A DNA stretch of 64,000 nt from Marsupella aquatica (Eukaryota; Plantae; Marchantiophyta). This document shows positions 12,531-25,500 of this stretch, piece by piece. Under the pieces are notes generated by a model. That model was not told the origin of the DNA, searched no databases, and saw only the letters and a program-made list of their open reading frames with translations. Where the stretch lies: the NCBI GenBank assembly GCA_973895155.1, contig OZ316897.1:21232260-21296259 (forward strand), in the 5' to 3' direction. Each line of letters opens with the position of its first letter. Position 1 is the first letter of the stretch. The translations under genes and the position numbers were made by a program.

Positions 12531-12753
12531 ACCTAACCTAGACGTAAGAGTAAATACCCAACAATCTTCCCCTTGACTCTGGTCTAGGGGAGAGTAATAC
12601 TGCCAATGTATATGATCCCTCAGCGGGAAGTTCTGGACAGAACCAAACCGGTTTCCCTCTCTAACTAGAGCAAACCAGAACTAAGCCGTAGCCTAATACA
12701 TAGGAATGAGGAAGAGCATATATCAGTAATTACAATGAATGTTTAAGAAAACT

Positions 12754-15700
12754 CTACTTGTGATGCAATTGCAAAACCTGCAATACGTCACGGTGTCTAG
12801 AGAAACTCTCCAAAGGAATCACTTTGGTAAATGCGTCAGCCGGGTTGAGTTTACCATCAATCTTGACTAGCTCAAACAAATTATCAGACACAGCCTGCCT
12901 GATAAAATGGTACCTGACGTCAATGTGCTTCACTCTGCTGTCCATCACCTGGTTCACAGCAAGGTGGAGCGCACTTTGACTATCACAATGGAGCTTCACA
13001 TTCCCCTGTGGCAATCCCATTTCAGTGATAAGTCTATCCAACCAAATCGCTTCCTTTGTTGCTTCCGCAGCTGCAACATACTCCGCTTCTGTAGTAGACT
13101 GAGCAATACACTTCTGCAAAGTAGACCTCCAACTTATGCATCCACCGCCAAGTGTGAACACGTATCCTGTTGTTGATCTCCTTCGGTCCAAATCTTGTCC
13201 ATAGTCAGAATCTACATAGCCAATCAATGATCTAGCATTCTTTGCATTCGCATCAAATAAAAGACCATGATCCACGGTACCCTTCAAGTACCTGATAATC
13301 CACTTCACTGCTTCCCAGTGTACCTTCCCTGGATTCGACATGTACCTGCTCACCTTGCCCATAGCCATGGCAAGATCAGGTCTAGTGCAAGTCATCAAAT
13401 ACATGAGACTCCCCACTGCCTTGTCATATGGAACCTTTGACATCAACCCCTTCTCTGTGTCATCCGTAGGACAGAACGCTGATGATAACTTGAAGTGTGG
13501 AGCCAACGGGGTACTTACTGGCTTGCTATTCTCCATGTTGAACCTTGCAATTACCTTCCTCGCATAACTGCTCTGTGTCAACCATAGCTTGCCAGCCTCC
13601 AAGTCCCTAGTGATCTCCATACCCAAAATCCTCTTAGCTGGCCCTAAGTCCTTCATCTTAAACTCTGCACTAAGCAGTGCCTTGAGCTTAACAATCTCAG
13701 ACCTATCCTTGGCTGCAATTAGCATGTCATCCACATAAAGTACTAAAACAATGAACCCAAAGACAACATTCTTCACCGGTTTCAAATACACACAAGGGTC
13801 AAATACACTTCTGTGAAAACCTTGTGACCGAATCCAATCGTCAAACCGCTTGTTCCACTGTCTTGGTGACTGCTTCAACCCATACAAGGATTTCAGCAAT
13901 CTGCAAACCAATTCCTCCTGTCCTCTCTTCACAAAACCTAGCGGTTGTCTCATGAAGATCACCTCTTCCAATGTGCCATAGAGGAAAGCTGTGACAACAT
14001 CCATCTGATCTAGGAGCAGACCAAACATTACAACAAGTACACACAATAGTCGTATTGTAGAGTACTTAGCAACTGGTGAGAAGACCTCATTGTAATCCAC
14101 ACCTTTCTCTTGTGTGAATCCCTTTGCTACCAATCTAGCCTTGTAGACCTTCGATCCACCTCCTATGGAATTATCCTTCAGCTTGTAAATCCACTTGCTG
14201 TCCACCACTTGCTGACCCTTAGGCAGCTTAACAAGCTCCCAAGTTTTGTTGTCCTTTAGTGACTGCATCTCCGTTTGCATTGCTGCAGTCCACTTCTGCT
14301 TCTCCTTTGAAGCACTTGCCTCATGAAATGAAGAAGGTTCTCCTTCTTCCAAAATTAACGCATCACCCTCATCATCAGCTGTAAAATCATCCTCTTGCAG
14401 TTGAGATGAATCAACCCACTGTCCATACCTTGATGGAGCGCGTACAGTGCGACCAGATGTTCTTCTAGCCGATGACTTCGGTTGATCTACGTGTGCTGGT
14501 ACAATTTGAAGCTCAATAGCATCCACTTGTTGCTCACCAGCATCAACAAACTCCTCTGGTTCCTCTGGCACAGGAACCAGCTCCATAATTGGAGCAACTC
14601 CTTCTCTCCGGTCATGCACCTCATAACCAATCTCCCCCTCAACGAGATCCGGGATAGGAGATTTTTCTTTGTCAGTACGGGAGACCTGAGTATTCTCCCC
14701 CTCCTTCAATAATCTGGATTCATTGAAGGAAACATCCCTACTGACAACGAGCTTACAGGCAATAGGATCCCATAGCCTATAGGCTTTCACACCACTCTGG
14801 TACCCAAGAAAAACACATTTCCTGGAGGTAGGATCCAACTTGGTCCTATTCTGCTTTGGTGTGAGAGCATATGCATCACTTCCAAAAATTACCAAGCCAT
14901 GATAGTCTGCTTGCCGCTTATAGCGCATCTCAAACGGCGTTTTGAAATTGATAGCACTAGAAGGAGAAAGATTTACCAAATAAGTTGCGGTATTGACAGC
15001 TTCTGCCCAAAATTCTTGTGGTAAACCTGATTGGCTCAACATACTCCGTGACCGCTCCAACAGTGTCCGATTGAGCCTCTCAGCGACACCATTCTGCTGC
15101 GGAGTATAAACTGTGGTGAGATGGCGAGTTATCCCCTGTTTTGAACAGTACTCTTCAAATTCCATTGAAGTGTATTCCCCGCCGTTGTCTGACCTCAGAC
15201 TCTTCACCCTTGTATCCAAACACTTGATCGTGTTTCCAGTCTGATTCTCCACTTGGGCCTTCCACTTCTTAAAAATGGACAAGACATCAGACTTATGTGT
15301 CATGAAATAAATCCACACAAATCTTGAGTAATCATCAATAAATGATACATAGTACAACTTTCCAGAGTGTGAGGGAGTCGGGGATGGACCCCACACGTCA
15401 CTATGTATGTACACAAGAACCGCTTTGGAACGATGAGTTCCAACACCAAAAGCACGACGATGCTGCTTTCCAAGAATGCAATGCTCACAAAACTCTAATT
15501 TACAAGATTGCAAATCAGAAATGAGTCCATTCTTCCGTAAGATAGCCAAACCCTTCTCACTCATGTGGCCTAGCCGTGAATGCCACAGTTGAGTCATCTC
15601 CTCGTGAGACTTGGTTACATTGGCCTCTCCACATACAGTATTGCCCTGTAACACATACAAATTCTTTTGTCTACTCCCCTTCAAAATCACTGTCTCTCCC

Positions 15701-17031
15701 GACCTGACTTGAAGTTCACCATCAATAACGCTCCATTGATGACCATTTGAATCCAACACACCGAGTGAAATCAGATTCTTACGCATGCCAGGTACATACC
15801 TGACTCCGGACACTGTGCGCACAGCGCCATCAAACATTTGAATCTTCACAGACCCAATTCCCTCAATTTGACAAGAGTGATCATTTCCCATCAGAACTGA
15901 ACCGTTTGAAACAGAGTAAGAACTGAAAAACTCACGAATGTAACAAATATGAAAAGAGCAAGCACAATCAAGAATCCATACATCATCTGCTCTCCTAGAT
16001 GACGTGCACAGGGCATACCCCCGACTTCATAAAACATACTCATCATTGAGTAAATCAACTTCTCCATCAGCCCTAGCCACATTTGCCGATGAAGTTTCCG
16101 CTGCCTTTCCCTTACAGTCTTGCTTGAAGTGTCCAACTTGGTTGCACTTCCAACATGTCACCTGCCTCCTCTGAGGGGATTTACCCTTGGACTTAGATCT
16201 GGATTTAGATCTAAACTAGGTTCTACGGTCCCCAGTTGGTCGCTGCATACTCCTCCCACGGTTAACATTGAGGGCAGCACCAGATGATGAAGGCTGTGAC
16301 GTGATGTGCATCTTCTGCTGAAGATCATCACTAAGCAGAGAACTTACCACGTCATTGTATGAAATGGTATCCCTATCACGATGCAACAACACTCGTGATA
16401 GGGACTGGTAAGATGGAGGCAATGAACTAAGAAGCTGCAGAGCCTTCGTCTCATCATTCAAAGTCTCCCCAAGGTTTTCCAAGTCAACGATCATGTCGTT
16501 GAAAGCATCCACATGGTCTTGCAACTTCGTACCAGATTCCTTCATCCTGAAACTCATCAGTTTGTAGGAAGTGTAGAGCCGGTTCGACAACTCCTTGCGG
16601 TGATACTTGCTCTGCAATTCCGCAAACAAGGACATGCAATCCTTATGTGCACCTAACTGCTTGATGATGGGAGGCATGAGATAGAGTGTAACACACCACA
16701 CTCCCTGCTCCTGCATGCGGTCCCATTGTTTCTCATCAACATCGTCTTCACGAGGGCTCAGCAGTTGGCCCATCCCTGACGCATAAAGCACTCCCTTCAC
16801 CTGCTTCTCCCATAGCAAGTAGTCAGAGCGCCCATCATACTTTGTCACTTCATACTTGGGTCCCCCAAGCTTGAAAGTCCCCATCTTCTTCTTTATCGTG
16901 AGCTCCGGTAGTAGTACTGCTTCCTCCACCACACGCCGCACCGGTGATGGTATCGGTGTCACGTGCTCTTCCTCCTGCTCCTCTCTCTGCCCCTGAAACC
17001 TCCGCGGTGACCCTCGTGCTTCAAGTTCCAC
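12754..17031 (-). pseudogene. gag-pol: Copia gag-PR-INT-RT-RH polyprotein in one frame with two in-frame stops
   Basis: Gag YDGRSDYLLWEKQV, CWKCNQVGHFKQDC, WILDCACSFH, WHSRLGH, RSDNGGEY, YVDDML, YVDSDY; TAG at 16216-16218 and TGA at 16027-16029. Confidence 0.92.
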
Positions 17032-20000
17032 GTCTTGTCAACAACGAATGTTGATCAATTGCACTTGGTGTCGTCACCAAGTCCAACAAGGTAATTGATT
17101 TTGCTTAGCCTTCCTCTTTGCATCAAAGAGCCAATCCCGGACTCAAAAACAATCGTCTTGCCTCAATCTCTCCGTTGAGTCAAAACACTTGACGCTTCTC
17201 CCTCCGAGTCGATTGTCAACTTTCTTCACAAAATCCAGAACGACGAAAACTTAGATCTCTCTGCACCACGAGCTCCGTTCAACGATTTCTTCACACCGTT
17301 AGAAAGCTCTTGCCCTGATCTATCCGTTGAGCCCATAAACTCCAAGTTCCATGCGATGGAACTCTGGAAAATCCACCAACACTCAACGCTGGAAAAACCG
17401 TCATGAAATCCCGTCACGAACACATGTCACCTCCCAAGCATGCTCTGATACCAATTGTTGAGCATAGACGACGATCGCAACGGCAAGCCCATGAACCATC
17501 CAACGCACAATAGTCGACACAAGAGATACGTGGTTCACCTCCTTGAGGCTACGTCCACGGGAACACACAAGAGAACTTTACTGAACTCTAAGCCCGTCGG
17601 CTATACCGAGTCTCCACAGTGTAAGCTCTCCCTATCTCTCAAGTGGCTCCATAACAATGAGCCTTGGTTCTACCTCTCCAAGCACACATGCCTCTTATGA
17701 TATAGTGTGCAACTTAGTTGTACCTAACCACATAGTTGTACCTAATCACGTAGTTGTACCTAACCACATAGTTGTACCTAATCACGTAGTTGTATCTAAC
17801 CACGTAGTTGTACCAACCCACGTTGTTGTACCAACCACGTCATACCTAACCTAGACGTAAGAGTAAATACCCAACAGGATCATATTAATCTGCTTCTTCA
17901 AATTCGGGTCCAGTTCGGCTTCCAGTCTCTCTAATCTCATACCTCCATAAACTGGGATCTCGGCTGGACTAGTCGAGTCGGTCCCTTCCTTGGTGTCCAT
18001 AGATTGTCCCCTTACCGGTCTATTCGGTTTTGAATTAGTGGTCGGCTCCCCTTCCTGCCTTGACTCTAGATCGTGTCTGTCCATCTCATCCACCTCTTGC
18101 TCCTGAAAGTTAGGCCGCTGTGCTCTCTCGGCTTCTAATAGGGCCTCAATTTATTCTGCCCTCGTAATCGGCTTGTATGTCGATCCCTTGGTATTTAATT
18201 CCTTGCCGATGATCGATGGCGTTGTGGACCCCGTCGGCTCTGCCACAACGCCTGCAGAAAATCCACTGTCCCTGCTACTGCTCCCCACTTAGCCGTTTCA
18301 TCCAATTGGTCTACATCCTTTACTTCCTCCGGAATTGCAGCTAAAAAGGTGGATTCTATTGTAAAGCAGTCCTCGACCTCTTCGTCTTCTTCTTCCAAGT
18401 CACCTTCCATTGGTTCTTGCCATAATCCGCTGGGGGGTACCTCTGGTCCAAAGACACCTTCTTCGGTTAGGTTAGTGAGGCATTCTAACCAACGTACTTC
18501 ATCGGCTGACTCCAGTCCACTATCGTACCCATCTACTTCCCTTATGCTTTTCCTACGGTCATCCTTAGTGTCCCAGGATACCGTGATAGAGGGGGTCCCG
18601 AAAGTGAACTGCTTTTTACCCCAATCTTCTATTACCTCGGCTAGGTACAGCCATGGCCTACCAATCAATAGCCGGAATGACGTAGGATTTACCGGCTTCA
18701 TTACTACATAGTTAATGCTAAAGAAGATACCTCCTATCTCTGTCTTGATGCCGGTTAACACTCCCATCGGAATGACCTGATATCCATTGGCCATGTTCAA
18801 CACTCTTCCAGTCATCTCCGGTGTTAGACCCCACCCTTTTGCTGTTGAATCAATCATAATACATACCCCTGATCCTCCATCGATGGGTACCCGTAGTAAT
18901 AATTCTCCTTGAATCATTAATGGTAATGCTGGGGCTCCTTGATCTTCTTCTATCATTAGTACGTCGGATCTGGTTGCTACCTTGGGTAATCTCGGCTTGC
19001 CGAGAATAGCCTTCCTTAATTGCTTCCGGAAGTACGGGCTATTTTTCAATAGTTGACCTACTGTTGCCGAGACTCTAGATTCTAGTACATCTTTAGCCAG
19101 GTCATAGGGAACAATCGGCTTCTCTTCTGGTGGTGTTTCCGTCTTGGATTCGGCCAGTTTTGCCACGCTAGTCTCCACAGCTGTTGGGTCTTCCAAAGCA
19201 AACAATGCTTTTGCTCGTTTTACATCCTTGGCAATGGCTTCGGTATTCTCCAGGGTTTCTAATTCTCTTAGTTGTTCCTTAACACTAGCCGTAACAGAGG
19301 GGTAGAACAACTTAGGATGATCTCGATTGAAGTCGCTATCTTGTGAAGGATTGGTTTCACTGGTGGGCTCATGGCTTACCTGTATTGCCGGAGCCCTCCC
19401 TTCTCCTTCTGTTGATGTTGACGAAGAGTCGATCCTTTCCTCCGTAACCTTCCCTTTATTTTTGGCCAGCCCATCCCACCTTTCCTTCCTTCTGGTAGAT
19501 CGAGTAGAGACCCGGTAGCAATCATGATCTAAATCCTCCTCTGAGAAGGTTGATAGGGCTTCGGCCTCATCATCAGATGGTACGAACTCTGCCTCGGCAT
19601 CCTCTTGCCATCCTAGTTCGATGTGGTTGATTTGAACTCCTCCGGGGGTAGTACCTGGCGGTAAGATCTTGATCGGCAAAAGCTTATGATTTGCGGCCAG
19701 GCCTGCCAACCAAGTAGGACATTGCCCTAGCATATGACCTTCCTGTCGGCATCCCATACATAGCTGAGCTGGTTGTCCATCACCCTGTTTGCGTGCATTC
19801 GGGCATTCTCTAGCAAAATGGCCAGGTTGACCACAATTATAGCACGCCGCAAATCTTTGCACATTCGGCCTAGGAGGTACTGACGGGTTCTGAATAATCC
19901 GAGGATACATCTCTCCTGGATTGTTCCTTAACCCTGACCACAGAGATGCAGGTCTGTTGGATAGGTCTCGTGCTCCAGTCTCACTGATGCCGAAAACACT

Positions 20001-21235
20001 ATCAGCGGCATCTCCCAAAAAGTACTCTACTTCTCCCTGACATGGTCTGATCTCGGCCACATGCCGAACATGATTAGTATTAAGCTTAGGACACGCATCT
20101 TTATGGTGTCCGGTTTTATAACATAAGGCACACCATACAGAGCTATCCTCCTGTACTACCTTCTTCTTTGGTTTTACCTCTGCAATGATAGCCTTAAGTT
20201 GCTCGGTAAGGGCTACGATGTTATCTGGTGGCTTAGCCTCCATCTTGACTTTCGTCTTCCCTCTCCTTCTGCCCTTCCTTTTCCTAGTTTTTTCTTCTTC
20301 AGAACTAGAAGATGACTCACTCTTGCTACTCCCACTATCCGAGCTTGACTTATCACTTCTAGACTTCTTGGAATGTTTCTTCTTCTTATCTTTTTTCTTA
20401 TGGGGTGATCCCTCCTCTGATGAGGAACTCTCAGACTTAAGTTGTTTCTTCCGGCTTGTGATATCTGCATTAATGTATAATTGAATATCCTTAATTGCTT
20501 CGGCTAAAGTCTCCGGGTTCTCCTTCCTAATTGCAAAACTCATCTTCTGTGGCAAGGCATTCACTAACCATTGAAGTTGCATACCTTCAGATGCATTGGT
20601 CTTTGTACGTCTTACCAGTTTCTGAAAGCGTTGCAAGAACTTCCTGAAGGATTTGTTCTCCTTGAACCGAAGTTGTCCCAACTTCAGCACTGCTAGTTCT
20701 GAAGTTCCAATGGGTCAAAACTCCTTAACAAAGAGTGTTTTGAAGATATCCCAGATGGCTTGATCTTCCACATCTAATGCTCTGTACCAAGGCCTAGCCT
20801 CACCCTTGAACAGGCCGGGAAGAATCTGCATCTTGATGGCCGATTCTCCATTTGCTGCAGCGGTTCCCTCGAAATCATCCAACCATTCATCCGGATCCTC
20901 ATCTCCTCTCCCATGAAATGCCTTGTAATGTATGCGCGACCGCTGGCTCAATCTGGTCCCTGGCCTCTCGTCTGGCCGTGCCTCTGGTTCCCCCATGTCG
21001 GTTGGAGACTCACTTCTCCTTACCGACTCTTCTTCTGGTATGTCTTCTTCGACGCCACTTCCAGTTTCGGAGCTACCAGCTCTTTCTGCCCCTCTCAGTC
21101 GCTGTGTATCATGCCACCCGGCGAGCTGCTGCAGTCGAGCTCTCTCCCGTTGAATCACTCTTTCTTCCCTTGGCGTAAGGTCAGTCATTACCTACGCTTC
21201 CGTTCTAACTTCATATCTCACGGCTTAAGAAATGC

Positions 21236-21253
21236 CCCCTCCATCTAGCGCCA
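21236..21253 (-). promoter_or_regulatory. Primer-binding site of Gypsy A, complementary to the plant tRNA-Asn(GUU) 3' end
   Basis: TGGCGCTAGATGGAGGGG, 4 nt from the LTR end; plant tRNA-Asn ends ...CCCCTCCTTCTAGCGCCA (one mismatch; tRNA sequence recalled from memory). Confidence 0.8.
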
Positions 21254-21257
21254 AAAA

Positions 21258-21526
21258 TGTGGTGCGTCCCATGGCTCCCTAAACCCAAGAAACCCCCCAG
21301 CTCAAGCCGATTCCCGCAGGTTTTGTGCTTGGCGAGGCCGTTTCCGCGGCTTAGCGGCATGGGACGCTGCTAACCTTCTACTACTACTATTAACATTTTA
21401 CACACATATACTGGACAGATCCTTCATCGGGTCATGAGATACGTAGCCGGCCTAATATAGGCCTTCCCCTGTCTTCCCCTGTCTTCCTGTTAGGTATGTT
21501 TGGATTCCGCCGCCGGAATGATCCCC
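21258..21526 (-). repeat. U5-proximal part of the 5' LTR of Gypsy A, up to the insertion of element B
   Basis: Same as 7759-8027 with one substitution. Confidence 0.95.
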
Positions 21527-22424
21527 TGTCACGTCGTAGGCTTCGGCTTTAACTCAGACTTCAGCTTAGACGGGCACATCCCTCGTAAATCTGAGGGTTC
21601 GGGCAGGAAGGGAAGCACGTAATGCACCTTATTCTAGTAAACTAGCGCTAAGTGCGCATACTGCTAAATACGGACACCTCCTAGGTATGGTTTGTGTTCC
21701 GCCGCCGGAACGTACCTTAGTCGATAGCAGGATCGACCCCAGCTTAAGGGCTTCTAAGCCTTTGTGCTGTCCGCCTTCGATCCGGATTCGATGATACAGG
21801 TCCTCAACCCGTGCTCGCAACCACTTACCCGCAGGCTGCACCTTGTGCACGTCTCGGGTAGTGCGTTCGGCCCGGCGCTGCCACCCATATACGAGAAACC
21901 CACACACATATGCGCACACATGCATACAATCTCGATTTACACGAAGGAAAAATGATGGGAAAGGATTTTTACTACAAAGGGAACATATGCGTACACTTAG
22001 TTGACACGACAGCCCTGGAATGCACAGGTTCAAGGCCAAGGGTGCACACTACAACGGAGCCCGGCTCCGCACTCGCCCGACAAGCTCAGTCCTACCCCCT
22101 CCCCTTGGTACTCTGTCATTCCCAGAGGTCGGGACTCCCCGCATGTCCCGCGGATGTCCGACTCTGAAACTAAAAACCCCCCTGCCTCTACCGAGGGGTG
22201 CACTAAATACTAAGAGCCGAGGAACGGGGTGTCCTCCCGCCGAAGATTCACTGACCAAGGTCCTAACTAAGCTGACAGTCAGGCCGGAAAACGGCTGTGT
22301 CTTATTAGAAGATCCTAATCTACGCAGGCTGGACAGCAGGGCAGCGCTGCCGTACCTAAGGCAGGTGCCTGCCCCAAGAGCCTGACCAAGCCAATCCTAA
22401 TCCTAATCTATTCCTACTCCGCCG

Positions 22425-25067
22425 CTAATGCCTGGCACGCTTGCCAGAGCCGCCCGAATGGGAACGGCCATCCCGCTGCCTTCGAAGCCTGTCATTGTCC
22501 GCTTTGAGGAGCTGGACCTGGTCCAGCAGAGATTCGTTCTCTCGCCTCGCCGCGTCCGTCTCCTCCGCTGCCTCCTGACATGCCTCCTCCAGCTGCTGGG
22601 CGTCGCTCGCCAGTTTACTCGCCAGCTGGTCCTGCTTCTCGGCCTCGGTTTGGAGCCGTGCCATCTCGGCCTGCAGTGTGGCTATCTCCATCGCGTCCCG
22701 CTGGGCTCGCTCCTCGGCCTCCTCCAGGTCTTTCTGCCAGGTGACAGCTTGTTTCTTCAAACTGTCAATCTGGTTCCGGAGGCGTGTAATCTCGGCCTCG
22801 TTCCCAGCTTTGGCCTGTTCGGCTAGGGCGGTAAGAGCGTACGCCTTTGCTAACAACTCATCGGCGGCTGCAACCTTGGGTCGTAGTTGTAGAAGCTCAG
22901 CCTCTTGAGCCGCCACTTCGTTCTTTAGGTACACGGACTCCACCCGGTACCGCTCTATCCTCTGAAGGGCCTCCGACTGGGCCCGCCCTGCCTTTACGGC
23001 GGCAACCAACTCCTGATTGAAGAAACAGGCTACCTTCCGAGTCATGAACTCCCCGGTATCCCGGGCAATTTGATGAGAGAAATCCCCCAGAAGCCCGTTC
23101 AGAAACGTACCCTGTACGAAGAGTTCCGGGTGGTCCAAGTTGTGCCTGTCCGGATTTGGGCACGGGCAGACATCAACAGGCGCAGGGGCCGGGGTAGTGA
23201 CGTCCAGCCCTGGGGACATAACGTTGGAAGGGGCCGGAGTATCCTCCTGCAGCGATGTCCGGTTCTCCGGAATTGCCACCGGCGGGTCCTTGGGAGACCC
23301 GGGTTCGGGTAAGACCTCTGCCGTACCAACTTCTGTACTTAGCCCGGCTAGTTGGGTCGCATCAACGGTTGCGACGACCGACCCCTCCGGCGCCTCCTCG
23401 GTTACGATTACAGCTATTTGTGGAGGTGGGGTGGGTGAAGCTGGCGTGTCCACTGGACTTCGGGCCTCGGGTTGGGGCCGTCTCTCCAATGCCGGAAAAA
23501 CCCACCTAGCTGGGACCAGCTTTGTAACGTTGATGCGGGGAAGGGTTCGTCGATCAAACCGGGCATACCACTCAAGAATGATTTCGATGTGGCTAGCGAA
23601 ATACGCCTTCCCGCCAATGTACAGCGTCTTCCTTCGCCGCTCCATCTCTTCATGGAATTTCTTAGCGAAGTACGATGCCCACTTCCTAGGTCGATAGTTC
23701 TCGACCTGGATGACCTGGGCGGCGGAGATCTCCCCCCGGGGTTCCATCAAGTGGAGAGCGTACCTCTGGAACTCCAGCCGCTCAGCTATCTCGGGCATGA
23801 GGCAGGTCCTCATCACGAACCCGTTGTCTACTGATCCCTCTGAGGGAAAACTTGAAGATTGGTACTTGGCCCCCTTGCCCCCGGGAGCCCGTGATTCAAC
23901 TCGATGGTCACCTTCGGGTAACCCGAAGATCATCTTGAGCCGTTCTTCTGTGAGGGACATATTCCTTCCCCGCAGCCGAGTCTGTTGACGTACGTCGTCA
24001 TAATTCTTGACGAATTCTGTCATGTCCTCCCCGTAGTACCTGCAAGTGTTCCAGGGGAGAGAGGCGAGGTGCTCAAATCCCTGAGTCTTCAGGTACACCG
24101 CATGCTTGGGATGGAGGATGTTGCTGTGAACGTTTTCCCCCATGCGATGCATCATTACCTTGGCTACGGCTACCGTGGCCAACGGTAACCCGGATGCACT
24201 GGCGGATTCCTTTCTCTTCTTTCCCCGTGACTGACTCGGGGAAGGTGATACTTCCCCATCCTCCCGATCGGGCCTGGGGAGTGCCACTGCGGTTGGTAAC
24301 GGGCCCGGGGCGGCCACGGTCACCATGTTGTCTGCTGGGGCCGCTCCTGGGGTCAGAGTAGGGGGTGGGGACGGTATAGTGTCGGCCCCCCGAGCGCTTG
24401 TTCCTCTGGGCCGCCTGGTCAAGGGTGGGGTAGCCTCGTCGTCATCGCTAAGATCTACAGCGTTGATGACGGAGCGTACCTGTGCTGGCTGGGTGATAGG
24501 TGGTGGGGTTTGGCTAGGCTGTGGCTGAGGCTGAAGCTGAAGCTGAGGTTGCATGGGCACGGGTACAGGTACGGGTACGGGTACGGGTGAGTTGGTCATG
24601 TTGGTTGATGGCCGAGTTCCCATGAAGCTCTGTAGGTGCTAGTAGAAGTTCTCCGAAGCGAGTGCGGACGCCCTTGTCGAACGGTTGGTACTGGACTCGC
24701 CGTTAATGACTGCCCGAACCTGGGCAGGGATGTGGTCGAAGTGATGTCGCTGCAGGTCGATTTTACCCGGGATATTGAAGACCTCGTCCGGAAGCCGAAG
24801 CAATGCTTCCCAGAACCCGATATATTTGTCTCCGTCAAAGAAGTACCCAGATACCTCAGCTGGTCGGTAAAGCTCGCTCTGAGACGGGTAGTCAAAGTTA
24901 AGGACGTAGTGGTGTCGTCCTGCTAGGCGGATGGCTCTCTCGTATTCGCGTTCGATCTCGTATCGGTGCGGGTTGGCGTGTTTCAATGAATCGGCCAAGT
25001 GCCTTCCGGTAGATAGGAACTGCGTCCAGAATCGAATGGCCGAGCTGGAGAGGATCGTGTGCGACAT
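22425..25067 (-). CDS. LTR-encoded accessory protein of element B (~880 codons; one in-frame TAG at 24639-24641): conserved N-block, P/Q-rich linker, PMD/Transposase_32-like domain, coiled coil
   Basis: ORFs 24639-25067 and 22425-24623 are in the same frame (NFY*HLQSFMGTR). Domain LPW..EFVKNY..TRLRG..LT...IFGLP is homologous to the element A protein. TATAAAA at 25175-25169. Confidence 0.82.
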
Positions 25068-25168
25068 TCAGAGGAGATAGTAGTGGCGACCTAGAGAGAA
25101 CGAGAGAGCTGGGGTCGAAGCTGGCGCGCGGACTGATGGACTGGTGCACTACAAAGGGTTGGCTCCCC

Positions 25169-25175
25169 TTTTATA
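25169..25175 (-). promoter_or_regulatory. TATA box in LTR B upstream of the LTR ORF
   Basis: GTATAAAAGGGGAGCC on the minus strand, followed by CT-rich leader-like sequence, ~100 bp before ATG 25067. Confidence 0.55.
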
Positions 25176-25500
25176 CTTTGAGGGCTTGTCGATCCCCGAC
25201 GTCTCCTCGACGCCCATAGGTTGGACCGCTCACGCTTGTGGTGTACCGGCCACTCCGCCGGTCTGAGTCAGCGTGCGTCAGTGGCCGCTTCCTTAAGTTC
25301 GTTATACGGACCCGAGGGAGGGGCCCCTCCATGCTCATAACCCAGGTGTGCGAATAGCGACCCGCCGCCAGCCCGAACCTGAAGTCCCCCTTATTGCCTA
25401 ATGATGTCCTACCCCTAATGATTACCTTAATACTATCGTTATGCTAATAATAGCGGCCTAAGACCCACCTAACGCACGTGCCGAGCGCAGTTAGACTGAA

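Larger units (their letters stand above)
12143..17876 (-). mobile_element. Full-length Ty1/Copia element (Tork/Tnt1-like), 5734 bp, nested in pol of Gypsy A
   Basis: 421-bp LTRs at 12143-12563 and 17456-17876 (4 transitions); TSD GGATC at 12138-12142 and 17877-17881; PBS TGGTATCAGAGC (iMet) at 17442-17453; PPT AAGGGGAAGAT next to the 3' LTR. Confidence 0.97.
9675..21188 (-). pseudogene. gag-pol: gag-pol of Gypsy A, disrupted by nonsense codons, a frameshift, the Copia insertion and 3' truncation of integrase
   Basis: Gag (DPDEWLDDFE), 3 CCHC knuckles, protease IDGGSG, RT (KDHFPLPF, FIDDF), RH (DVSG..IGSVL), INT (H..GGH, C..C, WGIDYIGP, VSDRG, ERAN). In-frame TGA at 20715-20717, TAG at 10492-10494, frame break near 18200-18260. 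Confidence 0.93.

Noticed and set aside
12344-12541. VVPNH repeat peptide, or a CRISPR-like array
   Set aside because: 18-bp head-to-tail LTR minisatellite without unique spacers; eukaryotic context, no cas genes.
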